DNA from: Candidatus Methylomirabilia bacterium
GTDB taxonomy: Bacteria > Methylomirabilota > Methylomirabilia > Rokubacteriales > CSP1-6
NCBI GenBank assembly: GCA_041492755.1
Contig: JBGPXN010000046.1
Coordinates: 1-29,955, forward strand
Reading direction: 5' to 3'
DNA length: 29,955 bases
Shown: positions 8,957 through 17,745 of the stretch, piece by piece
Layout: the number at the start of each line of letters is the position of its first letter
Position numbering within the stretch: position 1 is the stretch's first letter
Translations under genes and position numbers: made by a program
The notes under the pieces: model-generated
Databases searched by the model: none
Told to the model about the DNA's origin: nothing
The model's input: only the letters and a program-made list of their open reading frames with translations

Positions 8957-9499
8957 ATGCTCGGCCCCACTCTCCAGGCGGCGCGTGTCCGACTCTGCCG
9001 GCCGCGGCCGGCGCACCTGCAGCAATTCGTCGCCTGGTTCGGCGATCCCGAGGTCACGCGCTACCTCATGCGTCGCCACCCGCCGTCCTTGCGCCAGGAA
9101 GAGCAGTGGCTGGAGAGCATCGCGGCGAGCGAGACGGACGTCGTGTGGGCGATCACGATCGGGGAGACGCAGCCCGTCATCGGCGTGACCGGGCTGCACC
9201 GCATCGACTGGCGGTATCGGCACGGCTGGGTCGAGATCTCGCTCGGCGAGCGCTCGGCGTGGGGCAAGGGGTACGCGACCGAGACGGCCCGGATGGTCAC
9301 CGCCTACGCCTTCCGCGAGCTCGGCTTCGAGAAGGTGCTCGCGTCCGTCTATACGGGCAACGATGCGAGCCGGCGCGTGGTGCAGAAGCTCGGATACGCC
9401 CAGAGCGGTCTCTTGCGCCGCAACGCGTTCTTCGACGGCACCTGGCACGACGAGTGGCTCGGCGAGATCCTGCGCGAGGAGTGGAAGGACGGGAGCTGA
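8957..9499 (+). CDS. GNAT N-acetyltransferase, RimJ/RimL family
   Basis: WGKGYATE, AFRELGFEKV, NDASRRVVQKLGY and G.LRR...DGTWHD. Confidence 0.88.
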   Translation: MLGPTLQAARVRLCRPRPAHLQQFVAWFGDPEVTRYLMRRHPPSLRQEEQWLESIAASETDVVWAITIGETQPVIGVTGLHRIDWRYRHGWVEISLGERSAWGKGYATETARMVTAYAFRELGFEKVLASVYTGNDASRRVVQKLGYAQSGLLRRNAFFDGTWHDEWLGEILREEWKDGS

Positions 9500-9519
9500 G
9501 CCGGCCGAGCGGGGCCGGG

Positions 9520-11712
9520 TCAGTGCTCCGGCGCCATGGCCGGGAACGTGAGCACGAACGTCGTCCCGCGGCCGGGCTTGCTCTGCACCTCGATGCTCCC
9601 TTTGTGGTCCTGCACGATTCCGTAACTCACGGCGAGCCCGAGGCCGGTGCCGGTCGCCTTGGTCGTGTAGAACGGGTCGAAGATCCGCGGCAGCACGTCG
9701 GCCGGGATGCCCTCACCGGTGTCGGCAACCACGACCCGGACGCGAGGGGGAGCATCGGTCAGTGTCGTGGTCTCGACGCGGATGGTGCCACCGCCCCTCA
9801 TCGCCTCGCGGGCGTTGGTGATGAGATTGAGCAGGACCTGCTGGAGTGCGCTCGCATCACCCGAGATCAGCGGAAGCGCCTCGTCGAGCGTCGTCACCAC
9901 CTCGATGTTCTCGGTCGAGAAGGTCTTTCTGATCAGAAGCGCCGTTTCGTCGACGAGGGCGTTGAGCCGGACGGGCGCATTTTCGTGGGGCGCCTGGCGG
10001 CTGAAGGCGCGCAGGGCTTGACCGAGGCGCGTCACGCGCTGGATGTTGCGATGGATCACGCCGAGGTCCTCGACGACCCGGGCCGGCAACGTGTTGTCCT
10101 GCGACTCCAGCAGCATCAGCTCGATCCTCGACGAGATGATGCCGAGCGGATTGTTCAGCTCGTGGGCGAGCCCGGCCGTCAGGGTGCCGAGCGCCGCCAG
10201 CTTCTCGGTTCGGACGAGGGCTTCCCGCTGATGGGCGAGCTCGTCCTGCGCCCGCTGGTGCTCGATGTACGTGCCGACCCGGCGGCCGATGTCCTCCATG
10301 ATCCGCAGCAGCTCGTCGTCCGGGCGCCGCGGCTCCCGGCTGAAGAACAGCAGGACGCCGATCCTGTCGTTGTTGCGGATCAGCACGCCGAGCGCGCTGT
10401 GAAAGCCGAGCGCCACCGCCGCGTCCCGACGCACGAACTCCGCGTGGCTCGTGATGTCGGACAGCCACAGGGGGGCGTGATGTTCCCAGGTCCGCCCGAC
10501 GAAGCCGAATCCCGGCCGCGACACCAGATCGCGCCCCGCATTCGCCAGGACGGTGGGATCGAGGCGATCGCCGTGCCAGAGGCCTTGCCACCGCAGCCCG
10601 CCTGATTCGCGCTCCGGCAGCCAGAACTCCCCGACGTCCCAGCCGAGGTCACCGCAGACGGCGCGGACCACGCGAGCCACGGCATCCTGGATGGTCGGCG
10701 CCTCGAGGAGCGCATTCGTGACCGCGAACTCCGCCCGTTGTCGGCGCTCGGCCTGACGCCGGTGCGTCACGTCCGACACGAACGCGATCCCGCGCCTGCC
10801 GTCCGGCGTGTCGACGAAGCTCAAGCTGACGTCGATGGGCACCTCGCCGCCGTCGGCGCGACGACCCACGAGGTCCAGGTCGATGCCCATGGGACGGCTG
10901 CGGGGCGCCGAGAAATATTCGGTGCGGTGCGCCGCATGACGGCTGCGCAACCGCTCGGGCAGGAGTTCTTCGAGCCGACGGCCCTCGAGCACGCCGGCGC
11001 CGTAGCCGAGGATGGTTTCAAGGTGTGCGTTGGCCGAGACGATGACACCGGCCTCGTCGACGATCACGACGCCGATGGGGGCCGTCTCGAGGAAGGCTCG
11101 GGCCTGGGCCTCGCTGCGCGCCAGGGCCTCGGCCGCCCGGCGCCGCTCCGTTACGTCACGTAGCAGCCAGCGCACCGTCGTCGTGCGCCCTTCGTCGTCG
11201 CGCATGACGGTGGCCGTCACCGCGACCGGCACGGCCTCGCCGGCGGCGGGGAGCACCCGGATCTCGCGCTCGGGTGAACGCCCTCCCGAGGGCAGGCCAA
11301 GCAGTAATTCGTGAATGACGTCCGTGTAGGGCGTCGCCACGAAGGCGCGCAGCGGGAGTCCGACGAGTCGCGTGGCCGGGCTGCCCAGGAGGGACACGGC
11401 GGCTTCGTTCGACTCCTGGATGAGGCCGTAGGCGTCGGTGACGACGTACCCATCGGGAGCAAACGCGAACAGATCGAGGTACCGTCGACGCTCGGTCTCG
11501 ACGGCCTGGCCGGCGCTGGCCAGCCGATGATTCTGCGCGACGCGCTCTTCGTCGCTGGCGTGCAGCTCCTCCACCGTGCTCAGGAGATCGGCGACCGCTT
11601 CGTCGAGGACAGCGCGGAACTCGGCTGGCCCCCTCGCCGCCCACTGGCGCAGCTGCTCGACCCGCTCGGTCACGCGGGCAAATTGCTTCTCGAGGTCGTG
11701 GCGTTGGCTCAT
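9520..11712 (-). CDS. soluble sensor histidine kinase: coiled coil-PAS-PAS-GAF-HisKA-HATPase
   Basis: H-box GLAHELNNPL, N-box QVLLNLITNA, DTGEGI, FDPFYTTK and GTGLGL (NtrB-type); two PAS and one GAF domain; no transmembrane segment seen. Confidence 0.92.
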   Translation of the reverse strand: MSQRHDLEKQFARVTERVEQLRQWAARGPAEFRAVLDEAVADLLSTVEELHASDEERVAQNHRLASAGQAVETERRRYLDLFAFAPDGYVVTDAYGLIQESNEAAVSLLGSPATRLVGLPLRAFVATPYTDVIHELLLGLPSGGRSPEREIRVLPAAGEAVPVAVTATVMRDDEGRTTTVRWLLRDVTERRRAAEALARSEAQARAFLETAPIGVVIVDEAGVIVSANAHLETILGYGAGVLEGRRLEELLPERLRSRHAAHRTEYFSAPRSRPMGIDLDLVGRRADGGEVPIDVSLSFVDTPDGRRGIAFVSDVTHRRQAERRQRAEFAVTNALLEAPTIQDAVARVVRAVCGDLGWDVGEFWLPERESGGLRWQGLWHGDRLDPTVLANAGRDLVSRPGFGFVGRTWEHHAPLWLSDITSHAEFVRRDAAVALGFHSALGVLIRNNDRIGVLLFFSREPRRPDDELLRIMEDIGRRVGTYIEHQRAQDELAHQREALVRTEKLAALGTLTAGLAHELNNPLGIISSRIELMLLESQDNTLPARVVEDLGVIHRNIQRVTRLGQALRAFSRQAPHENAPVRLNALVDETALLIRKTFSTENIEVVTTLDEALPLISGDASALQQVLLNLITNAREAMRGGGTIRVETTTLTDAPPRVRVVVADTGEGIPADVLPRIFDPFYTTKATGTGLGLAVSYGIVQDHKGSIEVQSKPGRGTTFVLTFPAMAPEH

Positions 11713-11793
11713 CGGTGGCGTCTGTGCTCGGCTGCGCCAGCCAGTATGTCGCGCCGCGGTCAGCCGGGCAACCGGTGGCGGGGTGACGGGCGA

Positions 11794-12072
11794 TCAGGAC
11801 GAGGGCTGGATACCGACTCCGGCCGTCGACGACCGGTGGGCGAGCCAGTCGTCCACCAGCGTGCCGAGGCCAGGATCCCCGGCGTCGGCAAACTCGTAAC
11901 GCTCCGCCGTCCATTCGAGTGAGAAGTAGGACTCCCACCCGATCATCAGAGTGCTTCCCGCCTCGCGAGGCACGGGGAAACTTCCCGTCGTCCCGCACGC
12001 CGCGACCGCGAGGGCGATCAGCGCGAGCTGGGCGCCGGCGATCAGGAACCGTCTCGCGTGCCGTCGGATCAT
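11794..12072 (-). CDS. small putative lipoprotein (92 aa), possibly truncated
   Basis: MIRRHARR, a hydrophobic stretch, then lipobox LAVAAC; GGGAGGG upstream. Confidence 0.55.
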   Translation of the reverse strand: MIRRHARRFLIAGAQLALIALAVAACGTTGSFPVPREAGSTLMIGWESYFSLEWTAERYEFADAGDPGLGTLVDDWLAHRSSTAGVGIQPSS

Positions 12073-12095
12073 CGTCGCGGGCACCCTCCCGCCGT

Positions 12096-13025
12096 TCACT
12101 GAGGTCTCGGCACGACCGTGATCCACGAATCCGGACACGTCTGCACGTAGGGGTAATACGCGCCGGCGCTCGGGCAGTAGTACCAGTATGCCGGCGGTGG
12201 CTCGACCACGGCGGGCGGCGGAACGACGTACGTGGTCGGCGGCGGGACGTAGGCGTAGCTCGGCGCAGGGGGCGGCCAGTATGGGTCCGGCCAGAACCAC
12301 GGTGTGATGCCGATGTGGATGCGGCTCTGAAACCCGCGGTCGAAGTCACGGCGGCCGTCGAAGGGATGTCCGCCCGGCGGGGCGCGGTGGCTGGCGGGCG
12401 GGCTGGGTCGGCCGGCGGGCGGACTGGGGTGGCCAGCGGATGGCCGCGCGTGGGCGGCGGCGCCGCCGGGGGCGGCGGGGCCGGCTCCGCGCGCCGCCGC
12501 GGGAGGATCGTCGACGAGCAGCACGGCGAGCCGCGTGCGCTGCTCGACCGTCAGCGCGGCCTTGCCCGCCTGGTTGGCGCGAAGCCCGGCGACGGCCAGA
12601 TCCCCGCTGATCCGCTCGATCTCGCGGATCTTCGCCTCCGCCTGGGTCGTGTCCGTGGGTTTGCCCGGGTCGCTCGGGTCCGGTCGCAAGAGGATCGTCA
12701 GGTCCAGTTGCGCGAGACTCAGATCCGCCTGTCGGCGGATGCTCTCGCGCATGAGGTCCGCGTCCAGGCGCGCAAAGCCGGCGAGCTGCGCTGCCGACAG
12801 TCCCAGCTCTTCCCGGCAGCGGAGGATCGCGGCGATGACCCAAGCGGGGACGTCGCGAGGCCAGTCGTCGTCACTCGACCAGCACGGCTCGGGGGTGGCG
12901 GGCGTGGGCGCCGACGCCGGGGCCTCCGGCATCGGGCCGGCGGGCGGCGCCTGGGCGGCGGCCGCCGTGGTGAGCAGGAGAACACTCGCGACACCGATGC
13001 AGAGCGTCCGGATTATCGGTCTCAT
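12096..13025 (-). CDS. secreted Spy/CpxP-like helical protein with Pro/Tyr-rich Cys-pair tail
   Basis: Signal peptide; EELGLSAAQ...LTVEQR (LTxxQ-like repeats); C-terminus YWYYCPSAGAYYPYVQTCPDSW. Confidence 0.7.
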   Translation of the reverse strand: MRPIIRTLCIGVASVLLLTTAAAAQAPPAGPMPEAPASAPTPATPEPCWSSDDDWPRDVPAWVIAAILRCREELGLSAAQLAGFARLDADLMRESIRRQADLSLAQLDLTILLRPDPSDPGKPTDTTQAEAKIREIERISGDLAVAGLRANQAGKAALTVEQRTRLAVLLVDDPPAAARGAGPAAPGGAAAHARPSAGHPSPPAGRPSPPASHRAPPGGHPFDGRRDFDRGFQSRIHIGITPWFWPDPYWPPPAPSYAYVPPPTTYVVPPPAVVEPPPAYWYYCPSAGAYYPYVQTCPDSWITVVPRPQ

Positions 13026-13061
13026 ATCATTGCCTGTGTCCCTTTCGTCCGGAGATCATCG

Positions 13062-14564
13062 TCAGAGCCTCAAGCCCGGTCCGCCGATCGAGGGTGTCGT
13101 CGCGGCTGGGGATTCGAGGCCGATGAGGACTGCCTGTCCCTCCCTCAGGTCGCCACCGACGACCTCGGTCGATGCACCGTCCGTGATCCCGAGCGTTACC
13201 GGAACGGCCACGGGCCGCCCGTCACGTCCGGCCACCCAGACGAGGCCCGAGATCGCCGCCGCGCCTGGTCGCTTGTCGACGGGCGGCCGCACCGGCGAGG
13301 CTCCCGGGCCTGGCGCGCCGCTCGGGATTTGTCCGTCGACGCCAGGCGGCCGGAATCGCAGGGCCATGTTCGGAACCTTGAGGACGGCGGATTTCCGGGC
13401 GGTGACGAACCTCACGTTGGCCGTCATGCCGGGAACCAGCGTGCCGGACGGATTGGCGACGGCGACCACGATGGTGTAGGTGACGACGTTCTGCGCGACC
13501 TGCGGCGCCTTGCGGATCTGAGAGACCTCGCCGGTGAACGTCTCCCCCGGGAACGCGTCGACCGTGAACGTCACCGGCGTGTCGGGACGGATGCGACCGA
13601 TGTCGGCCTCGTCGACGCTGGTTTCCACCTGCATCTTGGTGAGGTCCTGCGCGATCGTGAAGAGCGTCGGCGCCTGCAGCGTCGCCGCGACGGTCTGCCC
13701 GACGTCCACCGCGCGATTCACGACGACGCCGTCCAGCGGCGATCGGATGGTCGTGTGATCGAGGTTGATCTGCGCCTGGGCCAGCGCCGCCTGCTTCTGC
13801 TCCACCTGCTCGCGCGCCATCTGGAGCGCGGCTTCCTGGACGTGGAGCTGCGCCTCGGCCGTCCGAATCGCCGACGCCAGCGCCTGCTCGTGCGCCTGCG
13901 CCGACTCGTGCTGGGCCACTGCGGCGTCGTGGGCGGTCTGCGCGGCGTCGCGATCCGCCGCCGCGACGAGCTCGCGCTGGAACAACTCGGTCTGGCGCGC
14001 GAGCGTGCGCTGCGTGTCGACGACCGTGACGAGCGCCTTCGCCTTCTGCGCCTTGCCTTCCGCGAAGGCGGCGCGCGCGTTGTCCACGTTGGTGCGGGCC
14101 TGCTCGACCTGGGCTTCCTGGTTGAGCACGTTGGATTGCGCGGCCCTGACGTCCGCGCGGGCCTGGTTGACGGCCGCCTCGAACAGCGCGGGATCGATCC
14201 GCGCGATCACCTGCCCCTTGTGGACGACCGTGTTGAAGTCGGCGGCGAGCTCCTTGATCGCCCCGGAGACCTGGCTGCCGACCAGGACCATGATGACCGC
14301 GTTGAGGTTGCCCGTGGCCGAGACCGAGGCGGTGAGCGGCCCGCGCTCGACGGGGGCGGTGCGGTACACGAGAGCCTTGCTGTGGCCGGCGACGTAGTAA
14401 TAGCCGGCGAATCCGGCCGCGACGATCGCTCCGAGGAGCCCGAACGCAAGCCAGAGCTTCACGCGCCGACGGGGTGTCTTGCCGGGGCCCGGCTCGGTTG
14501 CGGGCCTCGCGGCCTCGGCCACCACGCGCCCATCGGAAGGCGCCAGCGCGGTGTCGTGCTCCAT
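13062..14564 (-). CDS. MacA-type periplasmic adaptor (membrane fusion protein)
   Basis: Single TM, ATGNLNAV..VGSQVSG, long coiled coil, IRSPLDGVV, GQTVAATLQAPTLF and VDEADIG; start placed at ATG 14564 from the promoter position. Confidence 0.9.
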   Translation of the reverse strand: MEHDTALAPSDGRVVAEAARPATEPGPGKTPRRRVKLWLAFGLLGAIVAAGFAGYYYVAGHSKALVYRTAPVERGPLTASVSATGNLNAVIMVLVGSQVSGAIKELAADFNTVVHKGQVIARIDPALFEAAVNQARADVRAAQSNVLNQEAQVEQARTNVDNARAAFAEGKAQKAKALVTVVDTQRTLARQTELFQRELVAAADRDAAQTAHDAAVAQHESAQAHEQALASAIRTAEAQLHVQEAALQMAREQVEQKQAALAQAQINLDHTTIRSPLDGVVVNRAVDVGQTVAATLQAPTLFTIAQDLTKMQVETSVDEADIGRIRPDTPVTFTVDAFPGETFTGEVSQIRKAPQVAQNVVTYTIVVAVANPSGTLVPGMTANVRFVTARKSAVLKVPNMALRFRPPGVDGQIPSGAPGPGASPVRPPVDKRPGAAAISGLVWVAGRDGRPVAVPVTLGITDGASTEVVGGDLREGQAVLIGLESPAATTPSIGGPGLRL

Positions 14565-14578
14565 ACGCCGGTTCATAC

Positions 14579-14594
14579 AGCAACGGGGCTGCCA
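14579..14594 (-). promoter_or_regulatory. sigma54 promoter (macA-like unit)
   Basis: TGGCAGCCCCGTTGCT on the minus strand. Confidence 0.8.
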
Positions 14595-14656
14595 GGCCTC
14601 GAATCGTGAGAAAAGAGTCGCTTCGCTCGCCCGCGCGCTGGGGAACACGCGCCACG

Positions 14657-14676
14657 CTGAGGCGGCCACGCCCCAG
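14657..14676. promoter_or_regulatory. putative UAS palindrome
   Basis: CTGAGGC-GGCCAC-GCCCCAG, between divergent sigma54 elements. Confidence 0.55.
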
Positions 14677-14717
14677 CCCTGAACCCGCCATCTAGCCGAA
14701 TTGCTGTACGTCGCACA

Positions 14718-14732
14718 CGGCACGCGTCTTGC
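14718..14732 (+). promoter_or_regulatory. sigma54 promoter (ABC ATPase-permease unit)
   Basis: CGGCACGCGTCTTGC. Confidence 0.78.
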
Positions 14733-14748
14733 GCAAAGACGGTGTGCG

Positions 14749-15495
14749 ATGGCTGAGCCCGTCATCGAGACGCACGATCTCGGGAAGGACTACTGGCTCG
14801 GCGCGCACGGGGTGCACGCGCTGCGTGGCGTGTCGCTCACGATCGAAGCTGGCGACATGGTCGCGATCATGGGGCCGTCCGGCTCCGGGAAATCGACATT
14901 GATGGCGATCCTCGGATGCCTCGATGTCCCGACGGCGGGCACATATCTGCTCGAAGGCCGTGACGTCTCGCAGCTCGACGACGATGCGCTGGCCCGGATC
15001 CGCAACGGACGAATCGGGTTCGTGTTCCAGCAGTTCAACCTGCTGCCCCGGATGAGCGCCGTCGCCAACGTGGAGCTGCCGCTCATCTACGGCGACCGCC
15101 CGCCCCGGGAACAGCGGCGGCAGGCGCTCGCGAAGCTGGCGGCCGTCGGATTGGCCGACCGCGCAGGTCACCGCCCCGCCCAGTTGTCGGGCGGACAGCA
15201 GCAGCGCGTGGCGATCGCGCGCGCGCTGGTCAACGAGCCGATCCTGCTCCTGGCCGACGAGCCCACCGGGAACCTGGACACGCGGACCAGCGTCGAGATC
15301 ATGGCGATCCTCCAGACGCTCAACCGCGGCGGCATCACCGTCGCGCTCGTGACCCACGAAGAGGACATCGCGCGGTACGCCCGACGGGTCCTGCGCTTCC
15401 GGGACGGCGAGCTGGTCGGCGACGAGCCGGTGGCGCCGCCGATCGACGCCCGCGCGGTGCTCGCGGGCGGCGCGCGGAGCTTGAGGCTGCCGTGA
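14749..15495 (+). CDS. ABC transporter ATP-binding protein (MacB/LolD type)
   Basis: [35 protein letters not shown] and VTHE. Confidence 0.95.
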   Translation: MAEPVIETHDLGKDYWLGAHGVHALRGVSLTIEAGDMVAIMGPSGSGKSTLMAILGCLDVPTAGTYLLEGRDVSQLDDDALARIRNGRIGFVFQQFNLLPRMSAVANVELPLIYGDRPPREQRRQALAKLAAVGLADRAGHRPAQLSGGQQQRVAIARALVNEPILLLADEPTGNLDTRTSVEIMAILQTLNRGGITVALVTHEEDIARYARRVLRFRDGELVGDEPVAPPIDARAVLAGGARSLRLP

Positions 15496-16724
15496 GAGTC
15501 CGGGCCACCGCGCAGCTCGCCCTCGTCGCGCTCGCGGCCAACAAGGTGCGCACCGGGCTCACGATGCTCGGCGTGATCATCGGGGTGGCCGCCGTGGTCA
15601 CGATGATGGCGGTCGGCACCGGAGCCCAGGGGCGCGTGGCGGCGCAGATCCAGAGTCTCGGCTCGAACCTGATCATCGTCATCTCGGGCTCGATCACCGC
15701 GAGCGGCGTGCGGCTGGGCACGGGCAGTCAGCTCACCGTGACCGAGGACGATGCGAAGTCGATGGAGCGCGAGATCGACAGCATCCAGATCGCTGCGCCG
15801 ATGGTGCGGGGCGGTGTGCAGGTCATCGCGGGCAACGCCAACTGGTCCACCGCGCTCGTCGGCGTGACGCCCGGTTTTCTCGACGCGCGGGAGTGGCCGA
15901 TGGCGACGGGTCGGCCGTTGGCTCAGGACGACGTCGAAGGAGCCGCCAAGGTGGCGCTGCTCGGCCACACGGTGACCCAGAACCTGTTCGGCGCCGCCGA
16001 CCCGATCGGTCAGGTGATCCGCGTCAAGAAAGTCCCGCTGACGGTGATCGGCGTGCTCGCCCGCAAGGGGCAGACCACGCAGGGGCAGGATCAGGACGAC
16101 ACCGTGCTCGTCCCGATCTCGACCGCGAAGAAGAAGCTCCTGGGAACGAGCCAGGTGAACGCCCGCGCCGTCAACGCCATCCTGGTCAAGGTGCGCGAGG
16201 CGCGCGCGATGAAGGCGGCCGAGGGGGAGATCCACACGCTGCTGCGCCAGCGACACCATCTCCAGCCCGGGCAGGACGACGACTTCACGCTGCGGAACCT
16301 CTCCGATCTCCTCGAGAGCCAGGAGGCGGCGTCGCGGGTGCTGAGCCTCCTGCTGGCCGCCATCGCCTCCGTCTCGCTCGTGGTGGGCGGCATCGGCATC
16401 ATGAACATCATGCTCGTGTCGGTCACCGAGCGGACGCGCGAGATCGGATTGCGCCGCGCGGTCGGCGCGCGCCGCCGGGACATCCTCGCGCAGTTTCTCG
16501 TCGAGGCCGTCACCGTGTCGCTCACCGGCGGCGTCATCGGCATCGCCGTCGGCGTCGCGGGCGCCTGGGCCATCGGTTACTTCGCCGGCTGGCTGGCGCC
16601 GATCCAGGCTCGCGCCGTCGTTCCGGCGTTTGTCTTCGCGGGCGCGGTCGGAATCTTCTTCGGCTTCTACCCGGCGCGCAAGGCGTCGCGCCTGAATCCC
16701 ATCGACGCCCTCCGGTACGAGTAG
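15492..16724 (+). CDS. MacB-type ABC permease (FtsX-like)
   Basis: [34 protein letters not shown] and [21 protein letters not shown] overlap with the ATPase. Confidence 0.95.
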   Translation: MRVRATAQLALVALAANKVRTGLTMLGVIIGVAAVVTMMAVGTGAQGRVAAQIQSLGSNLIIVISGSITASGVRLGTGSQLTVTEDDAKSMEREIDSIQIAAPMVRGGVQVIAGNANWSTALVGVTPGFLDAREWPMATGRPLAQDDVEGAAKVALLGHTVTQNLFGAADPIGQVIRVKKVPLTVIGVLARKGQTTQGQDQDDTVLVPISTAKKKLLGTSQVNARAVNAILVKVREARAMKAAEGEIHTLLRQRHHLQPGQDDDFTLRNLSDLLESQEAASRVLSLLLAAIASVSLVVGGIGIMNIMLVSVTERTREIGLRRAVGARRRDILAQFLVEAVTVSLTGGVIGIAVGVAGAWAIGYFAGWLAPIQARAVVPAFVFAGAVGIFFGFYPARKASRLNPIDALRYE

Positions 16725-16749
16725 CGCGCCGCCGGCCTCGTCACGAAGG

Positions 16750-16769
16750 GTGGGGTGCCGTCGTCTCAC
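16750..16769. promoter_or_regulatory. putative UAS palindrome
   Basis: GTGGGGT-GCCGTC-GTCTCAC, about 60 bp upstream of the sigma54 element. Confidence 0.5.
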
Positions 16770-16829
16770 TGCGGTGGCCGCGCCCGGCGCCGCTCCGGGC
16801 AAATACCTGGAATCACTGATCGCCGGGCT

Positions 16830-16845
16830 CGGCACCGCGCGTGCA
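16830..16845 (+). promoter_or_regulatory. sigma54 promoter (dksA-like gene)
   Basis: CGGCACCGCGCGTGCA, preceded by an AT-richer GCAAATACCTGGAATCA element. Confidence 0.72.
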
Positions 16846-16858
16846 ACAGTGGCCGGCC

Positions 16859-17233
16859 ATGAAACCACGAGCCCGATCGACCAAGCAGGAGTTCGAACGC
16901 CGCCTCCGCGAGGCCCGCCGCGAGGTGTTCAGGACCGTCGCCCAGACGGACGTCGAGCTGGACTCACTGGAGGCGCATCAGCCGGGCGCCTTGGCCGAGG
17001 ACGCCGCCAACGCGACCGCCGCGATGTTGCTCGGCAAGCTGGAAGGACGCGAGCGCCACTTGCTCGACGAGATCGCCGCGGCGCAGGCGCGGCTGGGGGC
17101 CGGCACATTCGGGGCGTGCGAGAACTGTGCGAAGCCGGTTCCGCTCGCGCGTCTTCGCGCGCTTCCGACCGCGCGGCTCTGCATCGTCTGCGAGCGACAA
17201 GCCGAGATCGAGGCGGCGCGCGTGAACGTCTGA
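16859..17233 (+). CDS. TraR/DksA C4 zinc-finger protein
   Basis: Coiled coil followed by AQARL..GTFGACENC..PVPLARLRALPTARLCIVC. Confidence 0.88.
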   Translation: MKPRARSTKQEFERRLREARREVFRTVAQTDVELDSLEAHQPGALAEDAANATAAMLLGKLEGRERHLLDEIAAAQARLGAGTFGACENCAKPVPLARLRALPTARLCIVCERQAEIEAARVNV

Positions 17234-17266
17234 CAGCGGGCGCGTGGCTCGACGACGGCCGGCGGC

Positions 17267-17476
17267 TCACACCTCGTCGAGCTGATCTTCAGCGCGTCCG
17301 CAGACGTCGCACGCCGTCACGAGGACCAGGTTGCCGTCGGCGTCCTCTTCGCCGGTGGGGCCGGCGTGCATGAGACCCCCGCAACGGCACGGCTCCGGAT
17401 ACTCCTCCGCGCATACCGGGCATTCGTGGTCGGCGATCCGATGGTTGACCTCCTCGCCCAACGTGAACAGACGCAT
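17267..17476 (-). CDS. small Cys/His-rich putative metal-binding protein (69 aa)
   Basis: GGAGGAG Shine-Dalgarno; H..HECPVC, CRCGGLMH and CDVC; own sigma54 element. Confidence 0.75.
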   Translation of the reverse strand: MRLFTLGEEVNHRIADHECPVCAEEYPEPCRCGGLMHAGPTGEEDADGNLVLVTACDVCGRAEDQLDEV

Positions 17477-17546
17477 GGTGCTCCTCCGGTTCTCATCTCA
17501 TGTGGACGGCCGATTCGAAGCCGATCCAGCGCGAGGTGGACGCGGA

Positions 17547-17562
17547 TGCAAGCTGACGGCCA
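17547..17562 (-). promoter_or_regulatory. sigma54 promoter
   Basis: TGGCCGTCAGCTTGCA on the minus strand. Confidence 0.75.
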
Positions 17563-17693
17563 CGCTGAATCGCCCCCATTCTTGGCGGGCGCGCACTTGC
17601 GGTGGGGCGCCGCCGCACCGGCGCGCCCCGGCGTCGCCCCACCACCCCGGCCGCTCTGGGTCGTAACCTCGCGTCAATCCGAGGCGGCCCGTG

Positions 17694-17709
17694 TGGCACT
17701 GGCGATGCA
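17694..17709 (+). promoter_or_regulatory. sigma54 promoter
   Basis: TGGCACTGGCGATGCA. Confidence 0.78.
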
Positions 17710-17745
17710 CTATCGCCCGGTCGATGCGCCCGCGAGGAGGACACG

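Noticed and set aside
11713..11793. Searched for a sigma54 box directly upstream of the histidine kinase
   Set aside because: The nearest candidate has 9-nt rather than 10-nt GG-GC spacing; the kinase is more likely read from the macA unit or another promoter.
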